DNA from: Mytilus edulis
Lineage: Eukaryota
Length of the DNA stretch: 64,000 nucleotides
Assembly: GCF_963676685.1 (NCBI RefSeq)
Contig: NC_092344.1
Coordinates: forward strand, 60,698,001 to 60,762,000
Direction of reading: 5' to 3'
Both the position numbers and the translations under genes were made by a program. This document shows, piece by piece, positions 11,963-26,699 of this stretch. A model generated the notes under the pieces. The model ran no database searches and was not told the DNA's origin. It saw only the letters and a list, made by a program, of their open reading frames with translations. How positions within the stretch are numbered: position 1 is the stretch's first letter; every line of letters starts with the position of its first letter.

Positions 11963-14900
11963 ACTGAGCATAGGGAATACACGTTGGTCCTTCTATCTGT
12001 CAGACTATAAAAAAACAACAATTCAATCATAATGGTTATCATGATTATGGAGTTTTCAGAAAGTTATATATATGACATACCAATATAAATTTGTTAAAAA
12101 ACACTGTTTAAGTATAATGTTGAATAAACAAATTGGTACCTTGTATTTTAAAAGCCATGCTGCTTCTTGTTGCCTGTCTCCCCTCAGAAAACAAGTGTGA
12201 AATTATGATTTAATTCAGTTACAAGGAAACACAACCTTGATTGTTAACTTTGCCTATACTTCTCCTATTGTTCACAGTGTCGGTATTCCATCAAAGTACC
12301 ATGCGATCTAGAATAATAAATAGCAGAATGTATGGTTGTATTTTTAAATTTAATTGATCAAATGTATTTCTTAGCATTGTAACTATATTTCTTCTGAAAG
12401 TTTTATATTACTTTCGTATTTTTGATTTTCTACTTTGAGCTATCTTGTATTTCTTTCTACTCATAAGTTATCGTAGATGTATTTGACAAAACCGTTTGAG
12501 TCTTTGATGCACTTTAACTTACACTATGAATCGCTTGATAAATTTTGATTCAAACGTCACTTTTTAGTATATAATAGACTTCAACTAAGGAAAATAACAT
12601 CCAATCAAATTTATATACATTTTTTTGTTTTTTTAACTGCATAATTTGTGAAAAATGGAAACGCTCATCTTCATCTGAACAAGTGGTTTCACAGGCTCTA
12701 CGTCATTACGTGAGTCTACGTTAATCACAATTTACTATGTCAGATTATATCTTCAAAATTATCGTCTGACGTTCAGCTGAAATTACGAAAAGGGATAAAA
12801 AAAGAAAAAGACATACGAACAAACAATAGTACACAACACACAACAAAAAAAACCCTAAAGTCTCAGCAACACAAAATCACCAAACAACTTGGGATGATCC
12901 CAGGTAGTCTAGAATGGTACGCAGATCCTGCTCATTATGTCTGTGAATACTTGAGTTTGGTATTGAGTCATGACCGTTCTCCTTTCTAGCCCGGTAATGG
13001 TAATCTTTTTCAGACACTTGCTGCTGAAATATTTATTGTATTTTTGGTGGGGAATTCCAAAAGCATTTCAAAACCATTGGTGCTGTCTACCATGCTGATC
13101 TCCGAAAGAAACAATACCTATGCATTATATCATTTACGGTTTTAATTCAGTTATGTATTCATATATTGATGTTCTAACATATTTTGTAAGAAGAGCACAC
13201 ACAAATGGTTTTCTTTATTGTTATTTATATACCACGTCTCCATATTATGGATCACAGTAAAACGACAAAACTGATGTTACGATGGAATATTTTAGGATAT
13301 TCCTTTTCAAATTGTCTGCTCTCTTATAAAAAGTTTTTGAATTCCGAATGGTTTCCTGTAACAAAAGGTGTAATTGGTCGAATCGCAGCGATAAAATGTC
13401 TTATTCGACGTTTTACATAGAAGCGTTGATTTACCTTTTAAACATAATAGGGAAACGGAATTGAAATAAGCCACGCTTAAATATATTAGGAGCGAATATC
13501 TAAAGAATTCTATTACACAAGAAATTCTAGAAGTCTGTGATTACGTAACATTGGAATTCTTCCATATTTGTTATCATCTAAAAGCCGTCAAATTTGTCAC
13601 GTGATGAATCGGTTTAAGTTAAATATTCCATCTGTCTCACTTTGCACAAAGCTAATGGATATCTAAAGAAAATTTATCTTCGTTCTATTATATAATGATA
13701 CTTAAAAATAAAACGTATGGCCATATTTATCTGACGGCAAAAGAATCGAAGCACTCTTGGAGAAATTTAAATGACTAATCAAATGTGTACTGGAGTACAT
13801 TCAAGACGGTAATACTACAAGAGTTGACCAACTTCGCAGAATTTAAACCTAGCTATTGTAGTATTTGTTAATTTTTTACAACTGAACGCTCAACAAATAG
13901 TAAATAAATCAATAAGACAATTTGGTGAAGATGTATTATCAAGCACAAACTATTTTGGGAAAGACACGGAAGATAGAGTAATTGTTTCGAAGCAGAACAT
14001 GTGATTATCGATGGAAAGTACAAGAACCAAAAGTTTTACATACCGATTATGTACCATACAGACACTGACTGGAGGTTTTTGCAATCGTAAACAGTAATGT
14101 TGATAAAAACATCAAATATACAGGTCTGTGTTCTCCAAGGAAGTTGATGTTCATATCAGTGATGTAAATAATTGGCAGTTAGAGGACATTATTCTATCTT
14201 CTAACGCTCGTATTTTTTACCATCTTTTATCAAATGTATAATTTATTCAAATGAAGTTAAACTACGATCGCGTGGACACAGGCCTGCTCATAGACACCTT
14301 ATTTTAAGGGTTTGTTGATGTTCCGCTCTCTTCTCGTTATCCTGGTTATTCTTTGACCTTATCGTGTCCTGTAAGAAAAACTACTTTCAACCGACATGTT
14401 CGTAAGACTGTATATTGTTATGCAGTCTGATCCTAGCATGAAGCTCTCTTCCACAAGTTATAAGGCATACGTTTGCGTTTTCACGACGAAATTTCCAGTT
14501 ATATTAATTTAATTAATATGTAACTGTTTTCTAAATACTATTTAAAATGATTCGTTCTATATGTAGAGTGAACACAAATGAAAAGTATTATAGGAACATC
14601 CTTAGCATATATATTAAACCATTGCACACATAATATATTACATATCTCATTAATGAATATCGTCTTGAAACTACGAGGAAAACATTCATGCTGCAGATAT
14701 TTATTTCCTATAGCTATCATGCCCTTGTCCAAAAGAGATGAAAATTAAAAAAAATCATCAAAAGTAAACACGAGGAACAAGAAAAACAAGGTATCTTCCA
14801 ATACATTTGAGTCTCTTTACACTGATACTTTTTTTTACCATGTAACAACCTCTTAAAGCAGGACAAGATCTAGCAGGAAAACATACCCATTATATTTTTA

Positions 14901-16058
14901 GTTTTGTATGCCGCAGTTGCAAGATGTGAGAAAAACAATAATAAAATAGAAAATATATCTACTTTTCCTCCCGATTGCTTAAGCTTCTTCTCATAAAATC
15001 TTGAGTGACACGATAGCATGTTGCCCAATCAAATTAAATCGTCTATACTGCAGTTATATATAACGTTACTGATATATCTGTTGATTGAATGTCTTAATGG
15101 GCCAAAAGTTTGTTTTTGAAACTAAAAATGGGACACTCAAATTGTAGCTCCTAAGAAATATGCAAACAATGACGAACATGCCTTGAAAACGAGCGACCAC
15201 ACAGAATAGTTAATTAATACTTTTATTTATTAGTAAAATCTTACTTTATATCTCAAAGACAATTGTATTTAGAATATGTGAACAAAAAATAAATACAGGA
15301 AATAAAGGCAACAGTAGCATAGCTGTTTAAAGTCATAAATCGATTGATAGAAAACAAACCGGGTTACAAACTAAAACTGAGGGAAACACATAAACTATAT
15401 GAGGAAAACAACAGAACAACAGAAAACTAACGCCAACCTACATCATTGTGTACATAGAAACTTACTATTTGAACAGAATTGCTGTATTCCTGACTTGATA
15501 CAGAACATTTTAAGAAACAATGGTGGTTTGAACCCTGTTTATGGCTGGCCAAACCTCTCGCTTATATGGCAATGTTGATAAAAATCGCTCGCATGACAAC
15601 ACGTTGCGATAGGACTACAGCACACACAAATGCAAGAACACTCAGCACAGAGACACGCACATATCAATAATATAATAGTCGTTACAACATCAGTAAATCG
15701 CAGAACAACAACGAACATCTTCCATTAATGACAGCACAGGATATAACAAATAGTGAAGTATATATAATCCTGAAATTCATACAATTATCTTCACAATACT
15801 AGTCCAAACAATTATCATGATTATGACGATATGAAGGCTATTCTAAATAAATTCTGTGACGACGCATACTTATTTGGACTAACGCAGTATTTTATCCATG
15901 GAAAATGGAAATTCCCTCGAATATACTGGCAATAAGAAATATGTGAAATGTAACGAAAATACAGAACTGAAAAGTACAAACGATAAGACATAACATAATA
16001 TCCAACCAAATCCACTAAAGAAACCTCATAACTTTTAACATGAATGTTGGATGTATTA

Positions 16059-16604
16059 ATAGAATGAAATGCAAAACAGTGTGGCTGTGGCCATTGATTG
16101 ACACATTAAATTCATCCATTGACTGGGACAATTTACGTGAACCTTTGTCTGTAACGACCACTGTTCACGACGTACCTATGATAGACATTTAAACTGTGGG
16201 GTCACCAAAGGTTCTCAACACCTTAATAAAGTAATTCGAAAAATTAATCAGAAATAACACGATGTTTTGATTTATATCAATTATATAAATCAAAACATAA
16301 AGGTTTTTCCTGATTAATTTTTCGAATTATTTTATAATTAAAGGCTTTAAGAAACCTTTGGTGACCCCACAGTTTAAATGACTATCGTAGGTACGTCGTG
16401 AACAGTGGTCGTTACAGACAAACGTTCACGTAAATTGTCCCAGTCAATGGATGAATTTAATGTGTCAATCAATGGCTGTTGTTTGCTCTATGGTCGGGTG
16501 GTTGTCGCTTTGACATATTCACCATTTCCTTTCTCAATTTTATTTTATGAATTTAATGTGTCAATTAATGGCCACAGCCACACTGTTTTGAATTTCATTC
16601 TATA
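16059..16604. mobile_element. Foldback MITE, copy 2, with nested 70-bp retro-insertion
   Basis: Same family as 2728-3179. The insert at 16477-16546 is flanked by a 26-bp duplication (16451-16476 / 16547-16572). Confidence 0.85.
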
Positions 16605-19600
16605 TACATAGACACGCCGTATAGCAATGCAAATTTACAATCGCAAAAACAGTCAACTTCGGGAATACGTTACGTTCGAATTCGGTTCTTACAAATAAAT
16701 GCAGCAGACAGACGTCATAGATGTTAAACCACAATCCAACATGTCCCCATTAGTTAGTTTAGACACAGACACATTTTATAGACCAACCAATCCATGTGTT
16801 AAAAAGAAAGAAGGACAGATTTGTGACCTTGTAAAATTTTATCTTTTGTAAATGATTTTAAAGAATCTGTAGGAGTATCGTGTGCTGTTCATTACAAAAT
16901 CTGCTTTAAAGACCACTTGTTTTAAGCAATAATCTGCGTTATAATATCATTTATTTAACTGTTGTAAATTTCTATAGATTGAACCTGCATCAAAAGATCA
17001 CCTGTCTTATATGAAACCACTCTTCTGCTTTCCCTTGAGTGGTATTTAAACTTGCGTGAGTTTATATCAGTAGAAATTCTTTAAACGGTAAAATAAATGT
17101 AAATAGAAATATCTACAATTTGATTGCCATACAGAAAAATCTTTTGTCGGATCCTTTTCCTGATTGCATCTTTAGTACTCAGTCTAAGTATTTATACAGA
17201 AAAAGGGCGTCCGACGCATTACATTAATAAAGTGTTGTTTTTATTTCTTACAATAGTAGGTCGATACCGCTGCTGGTGAATTACCAGTTTATTATCTAGT
17301 CAGTAGCAAATACTAACATGATTTATACCAAACTTTTCTAAAATTGTCAGTTTATAAATTTATAAATGAAACAGATTCTAAGGTTTTAACCCTCCCTGGC
17401 AAAGTAAACCTTCGGTGGATTATGCTAATAACTTTCTATGTCCTTTCTGAACATATAGTTCTAGATCTTCAACTGTTTCGGTTCTTGTGAATCCTTGGTT
17501 GTATCAAATTCGGTTTAGCGTTCCAGTTGCAGATAAATCCAGAAAACAACACTCTTAGAACGCATGAAAGTCATAAAGTGTTGTGTTCATATTTAAACTA
17601 AAGAAGAGAAACGATGTGAGGGTTATTCATTTCAGTAAGTCATTATTCTTTATCAAGATAACTATATTTATGAAGGAGTATCTGTCATAATTCTGAGATT
17701 ATTACAAAGTGGCAATCAATCCATCGTGGAGAACTGAATATAAATATCCTTAGAGCATTATATAAAAAATCCGAAACTCTTATTAAGTAATTGAATTTTG
17801 TAACAAATATTAATACTTTTTCAATACTGGTATTAATAAATCTTTGATAGGTATCGCACATGTTTGATTGGTTGATAACTGTTGTATCACAAATATTGTA
17901 TACAATACTGTTTCATGTATTTTGTCATATCAAATGAATTAGATCTCAAGGCTAATCAGTTTTGTGGTTATAAAAATATTTTGGCAATAAATTTGAAAAC
18001 ACTAATTTTCAGCTATATAGGCTACTGTTTCAATTTGTATAGGTTCTAAGAACTATGCAAGTTTTTGATTACAAGCAGTCAAGGTCAGCATGGTCATGGC
18101 ATGATCAGGGTCAATACGAATTATCATTGGCCACAAATATTTTGATTGACCAATGAGGATAAAGTGTAAGCTAACTTTTAATAAGCGTCTAGTTGCGCCC
18201 GTATTTTCGCAATTGCACTGACGCTATTTTTGTTTTGCCAGAAAAGTAAAACAAAAATATATACTAGTTCAGTGACAACGGTAGTCATACTAAACTCGGA
18301 AATATATAAAAGAAACTAAAACTTGTCTGTTTGTAGATTTCTTTTCTTAGCAATGACGTTTTCAGCATATTTCGACTTGTGAGTTTAATTGTCCCTTTGT
18401 TATCTGTAGCTTCTCTTTGATCCTGTCGCATCAAACAGTCTCGCGCTTTTTGTTGTTCATGTGATCCCCAAGTTTTGCTAGCCGTTTTGATTTTCCGTTC
18501 TTAAATTCGATTTTATTGTCTCCTCAATGCATTAGCCGCTTAATTAGACTTTTGTGAGGGACTCTAAACTTGATTTTGTTTACACAAAACATGGATCCAG
18601 AGATATGTTGATAACATATTTACTAAAACAGGAAATAAAATCGAACACACATACACTGTCAGTACTAGACCGACAACCTTATGGTAAAATAAAGATATTT
18701 AGACTCCAAAGGTACTTTCCAACAAGACTCTTACATGTATGAGTAGGACAATTATCCGAATGGATTACGTTACAAAATCGATACAAATAAAATTCGAAAG
18801 ATACCTTTTGAAATTTCTAAGCGGAAACATTTTGTTATATTTGTCAACAGATATTTTGCAATTTCCTCCGCCATAGTTGAAATTAAGTAGATTAAATACT
18901 ATTTGAAAGAAAGTAGAAATACTGCAAAACCGGAGAATATTGTGATAAAATTCGATTACTGAAAGGGTAATTTATCTCAATTGCAAATTTCCCAGTAATT
19001 TCCTTCTTTTATTTATTTGACTGCTCCGTGCGAATTTATACAATTGCTGCAAATTGGTGAGCCATTAAAAAGATTTGTGTAAATAAACCGCCAATACAGA
19101 TAATTAACAATACCAAAATCAGAAGGTGGCTTAAAAAAGGGGAAATTCCGATGTTTAAATTACCATCCTGCTGTAAAATTTACACTAAAGAGAGAACAAA
19201 TTAAAAAATTCAAAGGAATGAATGTGACAAATTGACAAGTGTTCTGAATAAACCTTGATAAAAATTAACAAAATGTATTCGTTCATTGATCTTACAATTA
19301 GTTTCAATGCTGTAAATTTGAAAGCAAAGCGAAAGGCGTTAATAAATTGTTGTTATTCTTCTGCGTGATATATATTTTTTTGTAAACATCTAATTAATTT
19401 ATTTTTCTGAAGACATAATTTCTAATATTCTGTAACCTTCCAAATTAATCTAGTTATAAACTTAGCTCGAAAATAGTTTCAATACATGCAGGACTATTTT
19501 TTGATTTGGCATTAATACTGCAAGAGATTTTTTTGGAAAGATTTATTTACAAAATTACGAATGAACAAACAGGTTTTTTTCTAGACATGTAGCGAAACCC

Positions 19601-20917
19601 ATTTATACATTTAAACATATCAATAATGATTAGTTTCTTTTTTCGATATGAATGTTTGATATATTTTGCCAGTTTTATATCGGGATATTTCAAAATAGAC
19701 TTGAAGTGCATGTAAATCAAATACCAATTCAAGTATATAACACGATCAACCGTCATCCCGACAGTCTTAAAGGTCAACACCAAAATAGCCCAACATCCGA
19801 ATATCTGGACAATAGACTATATTTCCTTAAATTAAAGACAACAGTTATTCTTATATGTTCAGATCAGATAAATCAATTCAGATAACACAAATTACTACAA
19901 GAAATTAAATTGTAAGAGCAAAGACTGATAATTAAAACAACGTCCACGAGTTCAAATTGTAAGTATCCTTGTAGGCAACACGTAAAAACATTCGAATATG
20001 CGTGTAACAAGGCAGGGTTTCGTCTTATCATATTGACATACCTACATCAACGTTCTGAATAGATAGTACACTATTTGCTGTTGGACGTTAAACTGCTACA
20101 AAACAATAAACCAAACCAGATTTTAGACTACGATTTAGCTGAATGTTTTGCTAACAAAGACCTAGTCTAATAAAATTTTTAAGGACATACAATAAAACAA
20201 GTCACTCTGAATGCAGCTGTTCAAAGTCATTTGCGAAATAAGGAAAAAGAATTGAGAATGGATAAAGGCAACAACAAAATACCGTCGCTCAATATTCAAA
20301 AATCGATTAAGCGGAAACAAGTCCGAGTCACAATCAAAACCAAGGGGAACACATCAACGAAAGAGGAAAACAAAGAAACAACAGAAACACTGAACAGCTA
20401 TATACAATAACAAACGTTAACATACATAAAAAGGGACTGTTTGATAACAACTGGTGATGGGATTGTGGAATGCGTTGCCAATAAGTCAATAATCCGACCA
20501 CAGAGGAAAAGACGGCAACTAAATAGCTCTTCAATGCAAATTCCACACCCGAAGTCTAATAAATAATGTTTACCTTTTCAGAAAAAGTGACTCCACATTA
20601 AACTCCGATACATATAAATGAATCAAAATTAAAATTCAAACAAGACCAAACAATGGTTCCTGAATTGGGACAGACGTAAAGATGCAGCGGGGTTTAGCAT
20701 GTTTCTTAACCCCCCGTTTACCTGTAGCTAATATGAAAGAAATAAATACAGCAAAACTCAGTTAAGAAGCTGGAGTTTGATATTTGGATAAAAACCTGAA
20801 AAAACTATACGCAACATGACAATCATGACAATGATCAACATAAATTATTAAGAGACTTCTAGCAGTAGCAAGCTCCACACCACTATTAAACCGAGTGACA
20901 AAAAAGGCAACAGCAGT

Positions 20918-21675
20918 AAAAAGTAAAATCACAAAAATACTGAACTTAGAGGAAGATCAATTGGGAAAGTCCATAATCACATGGCAAAATCAAATAACAA
21001 AACGCATCAAAAACGAATGGACAAGAACTGTCATATTCCTGACTTGGTACAGGCATTTTCAAATGTAGAAAATGGTGGATTAAACCTGGTTCTATAGCGC
21101 TAACCCTCTCACTTTTGTAATGACAGTCTCATCAATTTCCGATATTTTTACATTGATGCGTTAAATAAACAGACACAATAAATATAACAGTCAAAATATG
21201 GGTACATCAGTCATCATCGTTTAACAATTTTAAAAGGAACAATTTAACAGAACACAAAAACATCTACTATCTACGAACACATTTATTGAGTGTCTGACGT
21301 CAGAAAATTTTATACGTCACATAAATTTGTCGTTCAATGTGCTTACAAACAATTTTAAAATTTTCATGGGAATGTTAGCATACAGGGTTAAAAAATCAAA
21401 AGTATGTAAGAATAAATTTAAGAAATAGACCGAGATTTAAACTAGTCCAAAAGTTATATATAGAATTTATAAGAATCCAAAAATATTTAATACCACTACG
21501 CTATTGAATGATTTTGACGTTTGTGGTTCAACGTATATTGTAATTCATAATAGAAATATATCATAATGACATATAATAGAACAATATCATACTGACGGGA
21601 TCTTTTAAAGTACAGAGTCACGTTATAAGAACAAAAGAAATACAAAAAGTCGCAAATACAAAACAAACCAAACCA
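20918..21675. repeat. Interspersed repeat inserted into another repeat
   Basis: AAAAGTAAAATCACAAAAATACTGAAC..CTGTCATATTCCTGACTTGGTACAGGCATTTTC, with a reverse-strand relative at about 48830-49040. It splits an AAGGCAACAG..AAAGTCATAAAT repeat also seen at about 15300, 20260 and 22900-23035. Confidence 0.55.
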
Positions 21676-23098
21676 AAACAAACGTATGTTCAAAAGTCAT
21701 AAATTAATTGATAGAAAACAATTCTGGGATACAAAATAAGACCGAGGGAAACACACCAAGATTATTAAAGACAGAAAGATTATGTCTTCGTCATATAAAA
21801 ATCAATTACAATCCCTCTTGTTAGGGGTTTAGTATTTTGCCATCATAAATCACTCCCGAAGACCATAATCATTATCATGCCGACAACTAGCTTAAGAATA
21901 CATATGTTCATTTCCGATGCAAAAACCCTAAAAGTGAATCGATATTTATTCAAAAAAGCCATCTTCATTTACTTGACAACAGCATCGTAACTATATCCCT
22001 TTAAAATAAGTCTGTCTAAAAGGTCAACTAGTACAAATACATATGATTTTAAGTTGACGAGCATAGACCTCTTTCGAGATATAGAAAACTAAATAGCTAT
22101 ATGAATATATATTATACCATATAGGATAGGTTTGTAAGCAGTGTATTCGTTTTCTAAGCAGAAAATGATTCAATCAACTGTGACGTAGAAAATTTTTTGT
22201 CAACATTTGTTTAAAAATATCTATTAAAAAGATTGCAGTTTGTTAGTTTTCCAGTTAAGAAAAATAAAGCACAGGTGAATATTGTCCTGCTTCTGTAGCC
22301 TTCCTGCCCCAAAACGTATGCTTATGTTCAATAGATTTATATGAGATTTGGTTCGCTTAACCATCCGATCGAAAATCTATTATTGGTAAAGCCGACATAC
22401 AAAACATTGATTGCATAATGTAAGGCTACAAAGAAAACGAATGACATTTACAATTGACCTTAAAAAGAGTTTGATGCGTTATCGGTATTAATATATAATA
22501 ACTTATCAGAACCGTGGATGTTAGAGTACATCTCCAGTTATTCTTACATAATATATTGAATTTGTTTGTTAAACATCTAGTATCAATTCATGAAAGTCTT
22601 TCGTTGTTTCATGTTGTAGAACGGTGAAAACAAATTCAAGTTTGGATGAATAAATCAATTGCACCATATGTATAGGGTAATGGTATTCTTATATTCAAGA
22701 TTTGAAGCACGTGTAAAATTAAGGAACTTTTATGATATGAGAGTCAGAGTGATTGAGCACGAACTATAAGGGTATTGGACAATTGAGATGTTTGATTACC
22801 GTGTCACGGTACTTGTCTATCACAAATTCATGTATTTGGTTTTGATGTTATATATATATGTTATATTTGTTATTCTCGTGGGATTTTGTCTATATGTGTT
22901 ACATTTTAGTGTTATGTCGTTGTTCTCCTCTTATATTTAATGCGTTTCCCTCGGTTTTGGTTTGTTATCCCGATTTTGTTTTTTGTCCATGGATTTATGA
23001 GTTTTGAACAGCGGTATACTACTGTTGCCTTTATTTGATTAACGCAATGCTGAACCTTTGCATTTTCGGGTAATCAAATCGACATTTAGCCTCCTGAG

Positions 23099-23200
23099 GT
23101 CGGTTTCACCAAAAATATTACGACTAAGATTGATCGTAAGTATATTAAATTGTTCATGACTTACAATCAATCTTAGTCGTAAGTAATTTTGTGAAATCCT
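23099..23200. mobile_element. Short palindromic MITE
   Basis: TTTCAC..TTACGACTAAGATTGAT / ATCAATCTTAGTCGTAA..GTGAAA. Confidence 0.55.
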
Positions 23201-23479
23201 GTCACAAATAAATTATTATATATATTGTCAATGTTACAGTTTTACATATTTTCAATTTATTAAGGGTATCGGAAGCCGAGTGATCTAAGTAGTTCAATCA
23301 CTAGCCTGTCAACTATGAGGTTTGGAGTTACAACCACTGTCGAGGCAGGTGCGCTTGACTCAGAAAATAACAGACTAAGTACAAATGGAACAATATTATG
23401 TTGCTATTTAGAATCATAAATGCACACTCGTTATTGAGGCAAACAACTTGTACAACATCGCAGTACATAATTTTATAAC

Positions 23480-23860
23480 AATAACGGTACCAATTTTAAT
23501 GCACTAAATGCGCATTTCGACATTATAAGTCTCTTCTGTGATGCTTCATGGCAACATATTTGAAAATCGAAAACGTATTAAAAAAAATAAAGATTTTATA
23601 CACATAAAAGGACAAAAAGAACAGCTGAATCGCGCAAGGAATCTGAGCTTTTCATGAGGTTGATATTTCACCTGAATTCAGAATAATTTCAAATTTTTGA
23701 ACAGCAAATTCTAAAATCATTATATCTGTACTTTTATCCAAATATTGACGTTCTGGCTACAGGGCTGGTGATACCATCAAGGACTATCAGTCCAACAGTA
23801 AATATATTGACCCAGGAGTATTAAAAACATCAACGTACCAATTAATGCTCCACCAACAGA
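23480..23860 (-). mobile_element. Degenerate retrozyme-like monomer (about 350 bp) with mutated hammerhead
   Basis: The minus strand of 23501-23544 reads GCATCA-CAGAAGA-GAC..GTC-GAAA-TGCGCA-TT-TAGTGC, with the CTGA core mutated. The unit boundary motif recurs at about 23832. Confidence 0.5.
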
Positions 23861-25187
23861 TTCGCATACTCAAAATATGGTTAGGCCATATATATGAATA
23901 TACAACATGCAATTTTGAAAGGTTTTTAAGCATCAGTCATTTCGTTTACAACATGACCCCTCACCCTCGTCCCCTTCCCTTCAAAAAGTGTCCAGTCACT
24001 ATTATTCGAAATTGGTTGTGACCTGCCAGATATATTACATAGCCATGTCTAGTTTCAAATTCCTAACGCTCGAACATCAGACGAATATTGCACTATCCCT
24101 TATAAATATCTGAAGATAAATAGGGAACCCGGGTGACTAACATCATATCTCTCCGAGTAAGCATCACTCAACCTTTAAGGTCATATTTAAACATAAAAGT
24201 ACTGTTATATTGAAATATTTTGAACATAAATGAGACCCTTAGTTTCTCGTTTGAATTGTTTTACATTTATAATTTTCGGTCGTTTTATAGGTGAATATGC
24301 GTTATGAGCTATGCACTTTTATTAAAAGCAGTACGGTGACACATGGTTGTTAATTTCAGGGCCGTTTCATTTTTCATCCAACAATGCCATATTCTTAATT
24401 CTATACAAAGCATAACGAAATAATAAAAAGATGTTAAACATAAGAATTAGAAAATGTGAAGGAACGGGATGGGGTTCTTCAGTTCTATATTCTTCCACTT
24501 TTTAAAGTTTTTTTCCCCTTATCTTTATAAATGTTCCCCCTTATTTTCTATTCTTTAAACATGCATGTCAACAATCCGTTGTATTTTATTCTTTACTTTC
24601 TTGCCAATTTTCCCTTTTTTTTGTATTTTGAGCTAATATTTCTATAATAATAGCCCATTATTTTTTATTTTGTAAACATATTAAGATTTTCCTGTATTAC
24701 TTGTCAGTTTAAAAAAAGCCCCTAAGTAAAACACCCCCTCGGCTAAATGTTGTATTGTACAAAAATAATGGAAAGGGAAATTATCAAAGATGGGGTCAAC
24801 AATTTCTTCTTAATGACGATAAATTTTTATTCGACACGTATTTGTTTACGTCCTTGTTTGAATTATATTATACAATTTTTGAAAACAAAATACACTATGA
24901 GAAATAAATGAAAATGTTTCTTAACATTCGAGACTAAAGATACAATTTTCTGTCAGTTATATTGAAGATGATATTAATATGGTTACCGAATTGTTAAAAC
25001 ACTTTGAGATATGCAATTGTTTGTTCGACAACCTTAATCGTGACAAAAATACCAGTACAGCCTTTCATGTGCGGTCTGGTCGAAAAAGAATTGGAATAGT
25101 CAAAGATTACCATGCCTTTTATTACAATGTATAATTTGTCTGATGAGTTTTTTTTATGTTTTTGACCAAATTTTGAAGTATCTGAAA

Positions 25188-25390
25188 AGAGGGTGGTAAA
25201 GAGTTATTTTCGTGCAAAGTGTTTTGTCATTTTTATTTCACGTGCAGACGTGAAAAAGGTTCGTTATTCACCGTGTTTCGTGAAATCGGTAAAAAGATCA
25301 ACTTACATGAAAATTTAAATTGTTCGTTCATCGTGAAACGGCAATTTTATTTCGCGTTATTCTGTGCAGATACCTCTCTTTACGCCCTCT
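25188..25390. mobile_element. Old MITE
   Basis: TIRs AGAGGGTGGTAAAGAG / CTCTTTACGCCCTCT with internal CGTGAAA repeats. Confidence 0.5.
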
Positions 25391-26699
25391 GAAAACGAAA
25401 GGGTCTCATTGAGTGTTTCCAGTCATTATTCCACCATGTAAAATACTCAAGGATCTGAAGGTGTTGTCAGTTTCTTTTCAACGTTGAATGTACTTTTAGT
25501 ATCGTTCTCTTCACTTTGTGGATCATGTATTCTATATCCTTCATACTGTTAGGAACAAAAACCGTAATATTCTAAAATATTTCTTCCATTTAGAAATAAA
25601 ATAATAAATACAGGAACTTTGTTTTCGTGATAGACAGACTAATGGAATGTCGGACTATGGAAGAAGAGGGGGAGAGGTTGACAAACAGATATTCCGATTC
25701 ATATGGTGTCAGAACCAATACGTTGCTTTCATGACTGTACTTTACATATGGAGTATGGGACTATGGAAGAAGAGGGAGATGGGGAGAAGTTTGATTGACA
25801 GGGTATCATAACCAATGCTTTGTGCCTTTTTTTATTGTTGTTGGTGGCTGTATGTGTTAACCTGTTCTGTGAGGTCCTACTCAATGTTTTTTTTTTCAAT
25901 AAAATTTGAAATATTTAGTTGGTTTTAAAGTCTGAGTTTGATTCAAAATATTTGGAATAAATTTTAAATGTGCAATATCATTAAGTTGGCTTGTTAATTG
26001 TTGAGAACATTACACAAGGTATAAAATTTATAAGTTCAACATCTGTAGCATAGAATAATAAATTCACAGGGTTTGATGGGGTAGCTATATATATAGGCAA
26101 CCTGTACAACATCAAAGTAGCTTATTTCAAATATGATCAGATCATGTGTGTGTGTGTGTAACATACAAATTGCAAACATTATCCATCATCACTATCCATG
26201 TTCAAAGCATTGATCCACGATTCCTCCCCGAAAATATGATATTTCACAGTTATTTAGATTTTGCTCTGCTAGATCATGTAGATATATCACATATCATATT
26301 CAATCTCAATTTGTATATATCCCTCGTTTATTTGGAAATATTGACCATGGAAGAAAGAAAGAAATGTGATAGTTTTATCTTTGCTTTCCAAGTTAGTCAC
26401 TCTCTGCTTTTAATGTCATACTTAAAACAGAAAGTCACTAAGAATTTCAATTTGTAATTGAACATGTTTAATACAAATTATATCTTCAAATTGAAATCAT
26501 TTCCTCAATATTTTATATCTAACAAGGACCAAAATATATATCTATGCCACATAATTGGTGATGAATATTTATGATGTTGATAAGCCCAATCTATTCACTG
26601 CATCGGTTCACTGCAAACTAAAGGATATTTTACAGTGTTAAACAAAAGAACAAGGAACAGGAATGTTTTACCGAGATAACCTGCATTTATAAATAAACA

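Noticed and set aside
13500-14120. Coding-like composition on the + strand
   Set aside because: Multiple stops and frameshifts, and no recognisable domain.
11880-14370. Several splice-bounded minus-strand segments (about 14298-14368, 12140-12308, 11963-12004) with faint Ig-like words (IAWYFDG, LKCFWNSPP)
   Set aside because: Stops in the relevant frames and no consistent phase chain. It could be a decayed gene or lncRNA, but this is not supportable by eye.
13049-19149. Isolated NF-kB consensus sites (about 13049, 15907, 19139)
   Set aside because: Scattered, far from the TIR gene promoters and compatible with chance.
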